The notes beneath the pieces were generated by a model that ran no database searches, was not told the DNA's origin, and saw nothing but the letters and a program-made list of their open reading frames with translations. From an uncultured Gemmatimonadaceae bacterium (lineage in GTDB: Bacteria > Gemmatimonadota > Gemmatimonadetes > Gemmatimonadales > Gemmatimonadaceae), in the NCBI GenBank assembly GCA_963781585.1, contig CAWAGQ010000013.1, positions 192,001 to 256,000 on the forward strand: a stretch of 64,000 nt of DNA. The letters are read 5' to 3'. Both the position numbers and the translations under genes were made by a program. Below, in pieces: positions 20,818 through 30,547 of the stretch. The stretch's first letter is position 1; each line of letters starts with the position of its first letter.

Positions 20818-22559
20818 GAGGTCATGGCGTCCCGCACCACCCGCCGAGCGTCGCGCAATGCCGCGACCAGCCGGTTCTGTCCGCGCGTGAGGTGCGCGAC
20901 GAAAAAGCCGACGTCGTCGGGCGCGGCGTTGGGGAGTTCCATCGCTGCGCTGAGATCGGGAAGGGGAGGGATGGGCTCCGCGGGATCGTGGAAGAACTCC
21001 GGACCGCGCGTGTAATTCACCGGCACGAGCAGCCGTGCCAGGCGCCGAATGGCCTGATTGGCACGCCGAACGGCCGTGCTTCCGACGGGCTGGTCCGCGA
21101 GATCCTGCGCGAACTCCCCGAAATCGCGCAGTGCGGCCTGGAGCTCGGTGACGGCGTCGCGTGCCGGCGCGAAGTCGAAGTGGTAGCCGGCAGTGCCCTG
21201 ATACCGGTCGAGCGTGCTCTGAAAGCCCCGAAGTGTTCGCGAGAAATCGAACGGCGCGATGGTCGCGTTGGCCGCTCCCATCACCGCCGCGAGATAGATC
21301 TGTATGTCGCGGTGCAGCACCTCACGGTCGGCGATGGGCATCAGGTCCTCTTCGGTATGCCACTCGATGTTGGCGCCGCACCCGCCCACCGCGTAGTAAC
21401 CGAGCTGCTCGCGCAGCTCATCGGGCATCGTGGAGAGCAGCATGAAGAAGCTGGAGATGCCGATGTTGTTGAACGAGTAGTCACCGGCCTGGTGAGGGCG
21501 TTCGCCGAATGCGTCCTGCCCGGTGACATCGCGGATCACGTCCTGGGCGAACGTCTCGGTCTCCTCCATCCATGAGATGTGGCGGTAGGCGGTGGCCCAC
21601 CGGCATCCGGGCGAGTCGCAGTTGATCTGGGCAACGCAGTTCTCATAGAGGTCGATGGCGAAGCGGTCGGCGAACCAGGTGCTCCCCGCGTAGCGGCCGG
21701 TGGAGTGGCCGGGCCACCAGGCGATCCGGACGCTTCGCTTCAGCGCGGCGCGGTTTTTCCAGAGCACGCGCGCCACCTCGAGCAGTGTCGCGTCGCCGAC
21801 CGCGTTGTCACCGACTCCCACGTCCCAGGAGTCGTAGTGCCCGTGCAGCAGGACGAAGGGATCGGGCTCCTCGGCGCCGGTGATGGTCACCACCGGGATC
21901 GGCGAGCGGAACCATCCTTCCACGACCTGGGTGGAAAGGCTCGCTGACTCGCCGGCACGCGCCAGTTCGATCAGCTTCTGGCCGTCGGGATTGTTGACGG
22001 CGACCACCGCGATCTTCGGTTTGCGCGGCAGGTCACGCAGGTCGGGCGTTCCCCAGATGGTGGTGCAGATGCCCCAGTGCGCGTTCCGTCCGGCGTTGAC
22101 GGCGATCATCCCCAACGCGCCGCGAGCCTCGAAGACCGCGACCTTGCCCGGCATGCCATAGCCTTCGGTGACCACGAACTTGCCGGCCAGGTCGAGGTCG
22201 GCGTCCTCGACCAGATTGCGCGAGAAGAGTTCGTCGGTGCCCCGTGCATAACGAGCCGGGACGTAGGCCAGGGGCGCGGTGCGGCCGCCCGGATAGGCAG
22301 CGCTCATCGCCATCGGTTTGGCGCGAAACGCCGCGCCGCCGGCGTGGACGGTGGCCTTGCCCGGGAGGCTGAGAAAGAGCTCCGGGTCGTGGACCTCGAC
22401 CGGCACGCCGTGCTTCCGCAGGCGGGCAACGATCTCACCGGCCGCGGTTCGCACGTCGTCGGGATGCTCGCGCCGGAGCGTGGAGAAGTGCTCGACGAGG
22501 GACCAGGGCTCGTCGAGGGTGACGTCGGAGAGCGCGGACTTCTGGGCGAGCGAGAGCAT
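20814..22559 (-). CDS. M28 family metallopeptidase, no signal peptide
   Basis: HGHYDSW, GDNAVG, WPGHSTGRYAGS, NCDSPG, EWHT; start at ATG 22559. Confidence 0.8.
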   Translation of the reverse strand: MLSLAQKSALSDVTLDEPWSLVEHFSTLRREHPDDVRTAAGEIVARLRKHGVPVEVHDPELFLSLPGKATVHAGGAAFRAKPMAMSAAYPGGRTAPLAYVPARYARGTDELFSRNLVEDADLDLAGKFVVTEGYGMPGKVAVFEARGALGMIAVNAGRNAHWGICTTIWGTPDLRDLPRKPKIAVVAVNNPDGQKLIELARAGESASLSTQVVEGWFRSPIPVVTITGAEEPDPFVLLHGHYDSWDVGVGDNAVGDATLLEVARVLWKNRAALKRSVRIAWWPGHSTGRYAGSTWFADRFAIDLYENCVAQINCDSPGCRWATAYRHISWMEETETFAQDVIRDVTGQDAFGERPHQAGDYSFNNIGISSFFMLLSTMPDELREQLGYYAVGGCGANIEWHTEEDLMPIADREVLHRDIQIYLAAVMGAANATIAPFDFSRTLRGFQSTLDRYQGTAGYHFDFAPARDAVTELQAALRDFGEFAQDLADQPVGSTAVRRANQAIRRLARLLVPVNYTRGPEFFHDPAEPIPPLPDLSAAMELPNAAPDDVGFFVAHLTRGQNRLVAALRDARRVVRDAMTS

Positions 22560-22738
22560 GATGCGGTGAAGTGGTGAGAGAGCGGCCAACCCGGGAGCAC
22601 CAGGGCGCACCTAACGTACGACGGAAATCGGCTCAGGTGGAGACCGGGCCGGGCGCGCGGCGCCAGGGACCGCGGAAGGCCTAGCGCCCGCGGACGCGAC
22701 ATCGCCATGGACGCGACGGTGCCGCAACCGGCGGCTGG

Positions 22739-25003
22739 TCACTTCAGCCGTGCTGACCGGTCGTCCAGTGCGGCGGCCTCGCGGGCTCGCCCCACGCGGC
22801 GGAGAAGATCGGCGTAATCGTGGAGGGTCTCGCGAAGGTCGTCGTTGTTTGGCCCCGGGAACCGGTCGCGGATCGTGAGGGCGCGGTGGTACAGGGCCTC
22901 CGATTCACCGGAGTGGCCCGTGTCGCGCAGGACGCCGGCCAGGGCGTTGAGCGTGATGGCCACGCTTGGATTCCCGCTGGTGAGCACCTGTTCCTTGATC
23001 GCGAGCGCGTGGCGCAGGAGGGGCTCGGCCTCGTTGTAGCGCTTCAGCCTCCAGTAGGTCTCACCGAGGTTGTTGAGGATCTCGGCGAAGCGGGAGTGCG
23101 TCGGCCCCAGCGTCTTCTCGACGATCGGGCGGGCGCGTTCGTAGAGCCGCAGGGCCTCATCGTAGTGCCCGAGTTGCCAGGCCACCGCGCCGAGATTCTG
23201 CAACGTGCCGGCGACGTCGTAGTGATCCGGGCCCAACACGCGCTCCTGAATCTCCAGCGTGCGCTGAAACAGGGGTTGCGCCTGGTCGTAGCGCTGCGTG
23301 GCGTAGAAGACTGCTGCCAGGCCGCGCAGGTCGCGGGCGAAGCGCTGGTCATCGGGGCTGCGCAGCCGCTCGTCGAGGCCGACCACGCGCTGATAGAGCG
23401 ACTCGGCCTCGGCAATCCTCCCCTGTTTGTAGCGCAGCGCCGCCAGTCCGCCGAGAGTCGTGGCGAGGTCAACAGTCTCGGTGCCGCGCGGCGTTTCGCG
23501 AATGGCCAGCGCGCGCTGGTAGAACCCGTCCGCGTCGTCGTAGTTGCCCTTCCCGCGGGCGACGTCGCCTAACGCGGTGAGCGCTTCCGCGACCGCGGGA
23601 TCATTCGGTCCGAGGGCCTGCTCGCGGATGCTGCGGGCCTTCTCGAGCATCTCCCGCGCCGGGTCGAGGAGGCCGAGGGCTTCCTGCACGGTGCCGAGGG
23701 TGTACATGATGCGCGCCTGGAGCACCGGCTGCTGGGCAAGCTCGGTGGTGACGCGGCTGGCGCCCCAGTCGAGGATTTCGCGGGCCGTGAGCGTGTCGCC
23801 ACGCGACTGGCCGGGATCGGCGGTGCGAAACAGGTCGACCAGGAAGTTCGTGACCTGCCTGGCGGCTGCCGCCTCCTGAGCGGCGAGGCGTTCGGCGCGG
23901 GTGGCGCGGACAAAGCCGACCGTGGCCAGGATGGCGCTGGCAATCACGGCCACGCTGACCGCACCGGCGGTGATCACCGCCGCGCGGTGCCGTCGCACGA
24001 ACTTGACGAAGCGATACCGGGCGCTCCTCGGGCGGGCCACCACCGGTTCGTTGGCCAGGTGCCGCCTGAGATCATTGGCCAGCCCGTTGGCGGTCTCGTA
24101 GCGCCGGGTCCGCTCCGGCTCCATCGCCTTCATCACGATCCAATCGAGATCACCCTTGAGCTCGCGCCGCAGTCCGGCGGGCTCGGTTCGTCGCGAGGCC
24201 GCGACGTGGGTCTGCTCATTTCCCAGCGTCTGCAGCATCGCACTGGGCGTAGGCGGCGAGGTGTCACCGGCGGCCAGGCGGGCGAGGAAGGCGTGTACGC
24301 CCAGTTTCGCCGGATCGGTTGGGAGACGGCCCACCAGCAACTCGAAGAGCATCACGCCTAACGAGTAGATGTCGGCGCGGGTGTCGACGTCGACCGCCGC
24401 CGAATCGGCCTGCTCGGGACTCATGTAGGCGGCGGTCCCGATCATCTGGCCGAACTGGGTCACCAGCGTCCGGTCGGTCAGGGGACTGCCGAGCGCCTTG
24501 GCGATGCCGAAATCGATGATCTTGGGCTGCGGCGCGCCGTCCTGTTCGGCGATCAGGACGTTCGACGGCTTCAGGTCGCGATGGATGACGCCCTTCTGAT
24601 GGGCGTGCTGCACCGCCTGACAGACCGCGATGAACAGCTCCACCCGCTGCCGGACGGGAAGCCGGTGTGCGTCGCAGTACTCGGTGATCGGGAGCCCCTT
24701 CACCAGCTCCATGGCGAAGTACGGCTGCCCCGACTCGGTGGAGCCGGCGTGAAGCACCTTGGCGATGGCGGGGTGATTCATGACGGCGAGCGCCTGACGC
24801 TCCGTCTCGAACCGGGCGATCACGTCGCGCTGGTCGCGTCCGGCCCGCACCACCTTGAGCGCCACACGCCGCCGCACGGCCCCGGTCTCCTCGGCCTCGT
24901 ACACAACGCCCATCCCCCCCTCACCCAGCACCTGCAGGATGCGGTACGGGCCGATGCGTTCCGGAAGCGGGTGCAGGCCGCGGGAGACGGTGGTGTCGTT
25001 CAC
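22739..25003 (-). CDS. Serine/threonine protein kinase with TM segment and TPR repeats
   Basis: LGEGGMGVVY, VALK, HRDLKPSN, IIDFG, YMSPEQ; C-terminal TPR repeats. Confidence 0.95.
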   Translation of the reverse strand: MNDTTVSRGLHPLPERIGPYRILQVLGEGGMGVVYEAEETGAVRRRVALKVVRAGRDQRDVIARFETERQALAVMNHPAIAKVLHAGSTESGQPYFAMELVKGLPITEYCDAHRLPVRQRVELFIAVCQAVQHAHQKGVIHRDLKPSNVLIAEQDGAPQPKIIDFGIAKALGSPLTDRTLVTQFGQMIGTAAYMSPEQADSAAVDVDTRADIYSLGVMLFELLVGRLPTDPAKLGVHAFLARLAAGDTSPPTPSAMLQTLGNEQTHVAASRRTEPAGLRRELKGDLDWIVMKAMEPERTRRYETANGLANDLRRHLANEPVVARPRSARYRFVKFVRRHRAAVITAGAVSVAVIASAILATVGFVRATRAERLAAQEAAAARQVTNFLVDLFRTADPGQSRGDTLTAREILDWGASRVTTELAQQPVLQARIMYTLGTVQEALGLLDPAREMLEKARSIREQALGPNDPAVAEALTALGDVARGKGNYDDADGFYQRALAIRETPRGTETVDLATTLGGLAALRYKQGRIAEAESLYQRVVGLDERLRSPDDQRFARDLRGLAAVFYATQRYDQAQPLFQRTLEIQERVLGPDHYDVAGTLQNLGAVAWQLGHYDEALRLYERARPIVEKTLGPTHSRFAEILNNLGETYWRLKRYNEAEPLLRHALAIKEQVLTSGNPSVAITLNALAGVLRDTGHSGESEALYHRALTIRDRFPGPNNDDLRETLHDYADLLRRVGRAREAAALDDRSARLK

Positions 25004-25068
25004 GTCCCGGCCATCCTGGACTTACGGCGATACGCGCGGACCGCGCGTGTGCGGCTACTCTGTCACCG

Positions 25069-25497
25069 CTAGTCTACCACGATGTCGGGGTCGATGGTAA
25101 CCGTATCCGGAGTGTCACTTCCATTGGGCGCGCAGATTCCCGTGATGGTGTACTTGTGCGGTCCGGCGTCGGCCCCGTCCAGCACAGTGGCCGAGGCCGA
25201 CTGGCCTTTCACCGCCGTATAGGGACCGGCAGGATCGAACTTCCAGGTGATCGGGTCCTTTGCCGCAATGACGATTTGCGCAACGCTGTGCGCATCACTC
25301 TTGAAATTCCACTGCACCGTCTCCGCCTTCTTCCGATGCAACTTCCAGCGGTCGATCTTGAAGTCGACGTTGCCGCTGGAGCACGTGAGATGCACGTTGA
25401 CGTCTCCTCGCGCGAGGGCGGCTGGCCCGCCGGCGCATGAGACGACAACGACCACCACAAAGGCGACACCAGCGACTCGCACACCCACGCCGCGCAT
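25069..25497 (-). CDS. Small exported/lipoprotein hypothetical, beta-rich
   Basis: GGAG SD, hydrophobic N-terminus ending VVSC, two further Cys, C-terminal IDPDIVVD. Confidence 0.7.
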   Translation of the reverse strand: MRGVGVRVAGVAFVVVVVVSCAGGPAALARGDVNVHLTCSSGNVDFKIDRWKLHRKKAETVQWNFKSDAHSVAQIVIAAKDPITWKFDPAGPYTAVKGQSASATVLDGADAGPHKYTITGICAPNGSDTPDTVTIDPDIVVD

Positions 25498-25680
25498 AGG
25501 CCACTCCAGGAGGGCTGAAGTCCCTAGATTGGCCCGGCCTGCTGCGACCCGCAAGGTGGCGCACGCTGAATCCCGCGCCGGTGCCCGTCGCGTAGGGAAC
25601 CAGCAGCAACGGATCGGCCACTCCCCGGCTCCAACAGGGCGACCAGTCCGCGTTGCCCGTCGTGCTCACCCTCCGAGTAC

Positions 25681-27495
25681 ATGACCAACCCGCCACTCTC
25701 TCCGGAATTCCTCGCCCTCCAGCGCGCCGTCGCCGGGCGGTTCTCGCTGGTGCGCGAGCTCGGGCGGGGTGGCATGGGAATCGTCTACCTCGCGCGCGAC
25801 GTCGCCCTGGACCGGTTGGTCGCCATCAAACTGCTGCCGCCGGCCCTGGCCGGGCAGTCCGCGTTCCGCGACCGGTTTCTCCGCGAGGCGCGGATGGCCG
25901 CGTCGCTGGCGCATCCGCACATCGTGCCGATTCATCTCGTCGAATCGACCGGCGACATCGTGTACTTCGTGATGTCGTTCGTGGACGGGGAAACGCTGGG
26001 AGAGCGGGTCCGGCGCCGGGGACCGATGGCCTCGTCCGACGTGATGCGGATCGTCCAGGAAGTGGCCTGGGCGCTGGGGCACGCGCACGCGCGCGGGATC
26101 GTGCATCGGGACATCAAGCCTGACAACATCCTGCTCGACCGGGAGTCGGGGCGCGCGCTGGTGACCGACTTTGGCATCGCCGGCGCGGCGGCCGGCACCA
26201 CCCCGGCCGATGGCCTGCCGGCGGGCACGCCGCACTACCTCAGCCCCGAAGTGGCGCGCGGGGAGCATGGCGACGCCCGCGCCGACCTCTACGCGTTAGG
26301 CGTGACCGCCTGGTACGCGCTCACCGGCAGCCACCCGTTCGAGGCCCCCACGCTTCCGGCGCTGCTGGTGAAGCAGGCCTCGGAGCCGCCGCCGGGGCTG
26401 GGCCGGATCGCACCGCATGCGTCCCCGCGGTTCGCGCGCGCGATCGACCGCTGCCTGGCCACGATGCCCGAGCAGCGCTGGCCCGACGCCGAAGCGCTGG
26501 CCGGCGAGGTCGACGTGGTGCGCGCACGCGTGATGCGGTTGCCGGCGCCGGTTCGCGCGTTTGCGTCGGAGGCGATATCGGCAGGCGACCTGATAGCGAC
26601 CGGCATAGCCGGCGCTGCGACGGCATTGACGGTGCTGGCTGTTCTCCATCGCGGAGGGCCGTTCGACGACATGGTGGCGACCGCCACGCTGGTGCCGGTG
26701 GCCTCCGCTTTTCTCGGCGTTGCGCTTCTGCGAGTCGGAGGTGTGGGCATCGCTGCTCGAGACCTGATCGAGGCAGGGTACGACTTCGAAGCCGCGCGTG
26801 CCGGCCTGGTCCACACCTACGCCGAGCGAGGCGGTGAGGAGGCGGAGAAGCTTTCCACGTCACACAGACGTCGAGCGCTGGTCTACGGGGCCACCGCCCT
26901 CATCAAGGAAGCGATCGCAATCTCGTTGGCTCTGTGGGCAAGGTCGACCTGGATCTATCTCCCGGCCGAGGTGTTCGCGGTGCTCATTCCGCCCTTCGCC
27001 GCGCGAACCATCTGGCGCACCCTCGGGCTCGGGCCGGGGCTGTGGCTGCGCCTGCTCGGAGGCCGACTGGGCCGGTTCATGTTCTCGGTTGCGCGCCGGC
27101 TCGCGCGCCGCAGCACTGCGCCCGCGGCCGACGCCCAATCGACGATCGCGGCGCTCGGCAGCGACGCCGAGGGGACATTCCTTCGCCTGCCGCTCGGCGT
27201 GCGCGATGACCTGCGCAACGTCCCGCGTCTGCTGAGTGCGCTGGGACGTAAGGCCGAGGTGCTGAGAACGAAGGCCGACGACCCCGTGGCGGCGGAACGG
27301 CTGGCCACCGTGGTCGCGGCCATCGAGGCCATGCGGCTGGACCTGCTGAGCCTCGAGGCAGGGCTTGTCACCATCCCGGATGTGACACGCCATCTCCAGG
27401 ATGCCGAACGCATCGCGCGGGCCGTCGACAATCTGCTGGAAACGCCCCCGCATGTCGCGACGGAGAAACTGGTCGGAGATCCAACCCCCACCTGA
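25681..27495 (+). CDS. Serine/threonine protein kinase with membrane C-terminal region
   Basis: LGRGGMGIVY, VAIK, HRDIKPDN, TDFG, GTPHYLSPE; several hydrophobic helices after the kinase domain. Confidence 0.92.
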   Translation: MTNPPLSPEFLALQRAVAGRFSLVRELGRGGMGIVYLARDVALDRLVAIKLLPPALAGQSAFRDRFLREARMAASLAHPHIVPIHLVESTGDIVYFVMSFVDGETLGERVRRRGPMASSDVMRIVQEVAWALGHAHARGIVHRDIKPDNILLDRESGRALVTDFGIAGAAAGTTPADGLPAGTPHYLSPEVARGEHGDARADLYALGVTAWYALTGSHPFEAPTLPALLVKQASEPPPGLGRIAPHASPRFARAIDRCLATMPEQRWPDAEALAGEVDVVRARVMRLPAPVRAFASEAISAGDLIATGIAGAATALTVLAVLHRGGPFDDMVATATLVPVASAFLGVALLRVGGVGIAARDLIEAGYDFEAARAGLVHTYAERGGEEAEKLSTSHRRRALVYGATALIKEAIAISLALWARSTWIYLPAEVFAVLIPPFAARTIWRTLGLGPGLWLRLLGGRLGRFMFSVARRLARRSTAPAADAQSTIAALGSDAEGTFLRLPLGVRDDLRNVPRLLSALGRKAEVLRTKADDPVAAERLATVVAAIEAMRLDLLSLEAGLVTIPDVTRHLQDAERIARAVDNLLETPPHVATEKLVGDPTPT

Positions 27496-27514
27496 GGGGA
27501 ACGGCCTCTCCGCG

Positions 27515-28906
27515 TCAGGAGGACGTGTTCGTCGAAGCGAGACTTTTCAGCATCCGGTACCAGAATTCCACCGCGTCGTGGAACGACTTCACGGGAATCC
27601 GCTCGTCGCGGCCGTGGGCGCGGATGTCGTCGATGCGGTCGAACACGGCGCTCACGCCGTAGACCGGAATGCCCGCGTTGCGCGCGTAGAGACCGTCGGT
27701 GGCGCCGGTCGACATCTCCGGAACGATGACGGCACCGGGCCACATCTGTGCCACGATCGTCTCGATAGGCCCCATGACGTCGCGACGCAGCGGCGACGCG
27801 GGACTCAGTGTCGGTTCGGCGATGCGTGACAGGTGGATCGCGGTATCGGCCAAGACCCGCGTCAGCACGGCCTGCACGCTGTCGGGAGGATCGTCAGGTA
27901 GCATGCGGCAGTTCACCGTGGCGCGGGCGAGCTGGGGAAGCGCATTGTCGGCGTGACCGGCGAAGAGCCGGGTGGCCACGCAGGTGGTGCGCAGCACCGA
28001 GTTATAGTAGGGCGTGGCGGCGGACAGTCGGGCAGCAGCCGCCGGATCGGCCGAGCGCGCCACCGCCTGCATGTCGCGCGCGATGTCGGGCGGCTGGGTC
28101 GGTGCCGAGCGCTCGAAGAACGCCCGTGTCGTCTCGTTGAGCCGCACCGGCCAGGCGTGCGCGGCGAGCCGCGTCAGGCCCGTGCTGAGATGGTAGATGG
28201 CGTTGTCCGGTACCGGCACCGAGCTGTGCCCGCCCTTGTTGCGCACCTCGAGCTGAAAGCTGAGATAGACTTTCTCGGCGGTCTGTACCGAGAAGGCGAC
28301 TGCCTTGCCGTCGCGGAGTTCACCACCCCCGGCGTCGGTGTTGAGCGCGTAGTCGGCGTCAACGAGGTCGCGGTGCTCCTTGAGGAGCCACTTGATGGTC
28401 TCCGATGACGTCTCCTCGTCGGCGGTCAGGACGATGATGAGATCACGGTTCGGGACGAAGCCTTCCTGCTTGAGGCGGATGAAATTCGCGACCAGGGTCG
28501 CGACGCCCGCCTTGTTGTCGGATGACCCGCGCGCGTAGTAGTAACCGTCCTGCTCAAGAAACTTGTATGGGTCGAACGACCAGTCCTCCTTGCGCGCATC
28601 CACGACGTCGAGATGGGCCATGAGGAGAATCGGCTTGGCGCCGGACGCGCGTCCGCGATAGCGCGCCACCAGGCCCTGGTATCGAGGCGAGTATCCCATC
28701 ACCCGGACATCGGCCTGGGGGAAGCCCGCGTCGGTGAGCCGGCGCGCCATCGCCTGCGCCGCGAGATCGGTGTGACCCGCCGAGTCGCTGGTGTTGATCT
28801 CGACCAGTTGTCTGAGGATGTCGGTCTCGAGCTGGCGCTGGTCGGGCGATTGCGCGAGGGCGCTGAGGCCGGGGAGGATGAGGACGAGTGCGGCGAGGGG
28901 ACGCAT
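27515..28906 (-). CDS. M20/M25/M40 family metallo-hydrolase (secreted)
   Basis: AHLDVV, RGSSDNK, ADEE, GGHSS, TGATDG, HGRDER. Confidence 0.92.
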   Translation of the reverse strand: MRPLAALVLILPGLSALAQSPDQRQLETDILRQLVEINTSDSAGHTDLAAQAMARRLTDAGFPQADVRVMGYSPRYQGLVARYRGRASGAKPILLMAHLDVVDARKEDWSFDPYKFLEQDGYYYARGSSDNKAGVATLVANFIRLKQEGFVPNRDLIIVLTADEETSSETIKWLLKEHRDLVDADYALNTDAGGGELRDGKAVAFSVQTAEKVYLSFQLEVRNKGGHSSVPVPDNAIYHLSTGLTRLAAHAWPVRLNETTRAFFERSAPTQPPDIARDMQAVARSADPAAAARLSAATPYYNSVLRTTCVATRLFAGHADNALPQLARATVNCRMLPDDPPDSVQAVLTRVLADTAIHLSRIAEPTLSPASPLRRDVMGPIETIVAQMWPGAVIVPEMSTGATDGLYARNAGIPVYGVSAVFDRIDDIRAHGRDERIPVKSFHDAVEFWYRMLKSLASTNTSS

Positions 28907-28920
28907 GGAAGGGCGGCGCG

Positions 28921-29045
28921 AAGGTCAGAGGCAATGGGTCGCGGCTCATAGGCCGTGAACAGAAGGTCACGGGTCAAAGCTCACAGGTCATGGCCATGAA
29001 CAGAAGGCCAGGGGTCAAAGCACATCGGCCATAGGCCATGACGAG
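28921..29045. repeat. Degenerate 7-bp tandem array, consensus NAGGYCA (family B), about 18 units
   Basis: aaggtca gaggcaa tgggtcg cggctca taggccg tgaacag aaggtca cgggtca aagctca caggtca tggcca tgaacag aaggcca ggggtca aagcaca tcggcca taggcca. Confidence 0.8.
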
Positions 29046-29264
29046 AAGACACGAAGTGAGCGCCGACGGGGTGACTGGTCATGATATCGAAGGTCGTTTC
29101 TCACCCCCCGGCGGTCAAACCCAGGCCGCGAGGTGGCGTCGTGTCCGGGATGCGGGCGACCTCGATGTGTGGGCTGGCCGGGCCATCTTGCGGCGCCCCG
29201 CGGTGGGCTCGATCATCGGGAATCGCCGAGCGATACATCCTCCGCCCTTGATGAGGTAGACGCG

Positions 29265-30464
29265 ATGTCGGGATTCGGATTGGTTCGAGCGGTTGGCCGC
29301 CGAGGCGTGCTGTCGTGCCTCGTGACATTCGCGATGGTGGCGCCGGTGAGCGCGTCCAACGCGCAACAGACCGCCGCCGCACCCGCTACGGGCCTCTCGC
29401 CTACTCCGCCCATGGGATGGAACAGCTGGAACAAGTTCGGGTGCCGCATCGACGAGCAGTTGATCCGCGAGACAGCCGACGCAATGGTCTCGTCCGGGAT
29501 GAAGGACGCCGGCTATCAGTACGTGAACATCGACGACTGCTGGGAAGCGCCTCAACGCGACGCCAGCGGCGATCTCACAACCGAACCCACCCGCTTTCCA
29601 GGCGGCATGAAGGCGTTGGCGGACTACGTCCACGCCAAGGGCCTCAAGATCGGGATCTACTCCTCGGCCGGCACGGGCACCTGCCAGCGGCGTCCGGCGA
29701 GCCTGGATCATGAAGTGGCCGACGCGAAGAAGTTCGCCGAATGGGGCATCGACTATCTCAAGTACGACAACTGCAACAACGAGAATCGGCCGGCGCTGGA
29801 CCGCTACCGCGCGATGGGCGAGGCGCTGGCGGCGACCGGGCGTCCCATCGTCTACAGCCTGTGCGAGTGGGGACGCAACAAGCCCTGGGAGTGGGGGCGG
29901 ACGGTCGGCGGCCGTCTCTGGCGCACCACCGGCGACATCAGCGATCGCTGGAATTCGATGGTCAGTATTCTCGACCGGCAGGCGGGACTCGAGCAGTACT
30001 CCGGCCCGAACGCCTGGAACGACCCCGACATGCTGGAGGTGGGGAACGGCCGCATGAGCTACGACGAATACGTTGCGCACTTCAGCCTCTGGGCGCTGCT
30101 CAACGCCCCGCTGATTGCGGGGAACGACCTGCGAACGATGTCCGATTCGACGAAGGGGATCCTGACCAATCGCGAAGTGATCGCGGTCGATCAGGACTGG
30201 GGCGGGCGACAGGGGACGCGGCTGCGCGACGACGGCGAGGTGGAGGTGTGGATGAAGCCGATGGCCAACGGCGATCGGGCGGTGATCCTCCTCAACCGCA
30301 GCACCACGCCGTTTCACATCGCGGTGACGCCGAAAGAGCTGGGGCTAAGCGGGGGTCGTCACCGAGCGCGCGATCTGTGGGACCATCGGGATCTCACGTT
30401 CGAGGAGGAGGTCGAGGCACTGGTGCAGGCGCACTCGGTGAAGATGTATGTCGTGAGGCGGTAG
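29265..30464 (+). CDS. Alpha-galactosidase, glycoside hydrolase family 27
   Basis: TPPMGWNSWN, NIDDCW, DYLKYDNC, WRTTGDI, WNDPDMLEVGN; GAGG SD before ATG 29265; signal peptide. Confidence 0.95.
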   Translation: MSGFGLVRAVGRRGVLSCLVTFAMVAPVSASNAQQTAAAPATGLSPTPPMGWNSWNKFGCRIDEQLIRETADAMVSSGMKDAGYQYVNIDDCWEAPQRDASGDLTTEPTRFPGGMKALADYVHAKGLKIGIYSSAGTGTCQRRPASLDHEVADAKKFAEWGIDYLKYDNCNNENRPALDRYRAMGEALAATGRPIVYSLCEWGRNKPWEWGRTVGGRLWRTTGDISDRWNSMVSILDRQAGLEQYSGPNAWNDPDMLEVGNGRMSYDEYVAHFSLWALLNAPLIAGNDLRTMSDSTKGILTNREVIAVDQDWGGRQGTRLRDDGEVEVWMKPMANGDRAVILLNRSTTPFHIAVTPKELGLSGGRHRARDLWDHRDLTFEEEVEALVQAHSVKMYVVRR

Positions 30465-30547
30465 GGGAGGCCCTCACGTGTTTTCGCCAATCGGTGCGCT
30501 GCCCGCCGCGGTGCCGAACAGAGGACCCCGTCCGCGCGTTGGCACTC

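Noticed and set aside
28921..29045. Repeat arrays here and at 9654, 46474 and 63127 as CRISPR arrays
   Set aside because: Units are tandem with no unique spacers, and no cas genes are present
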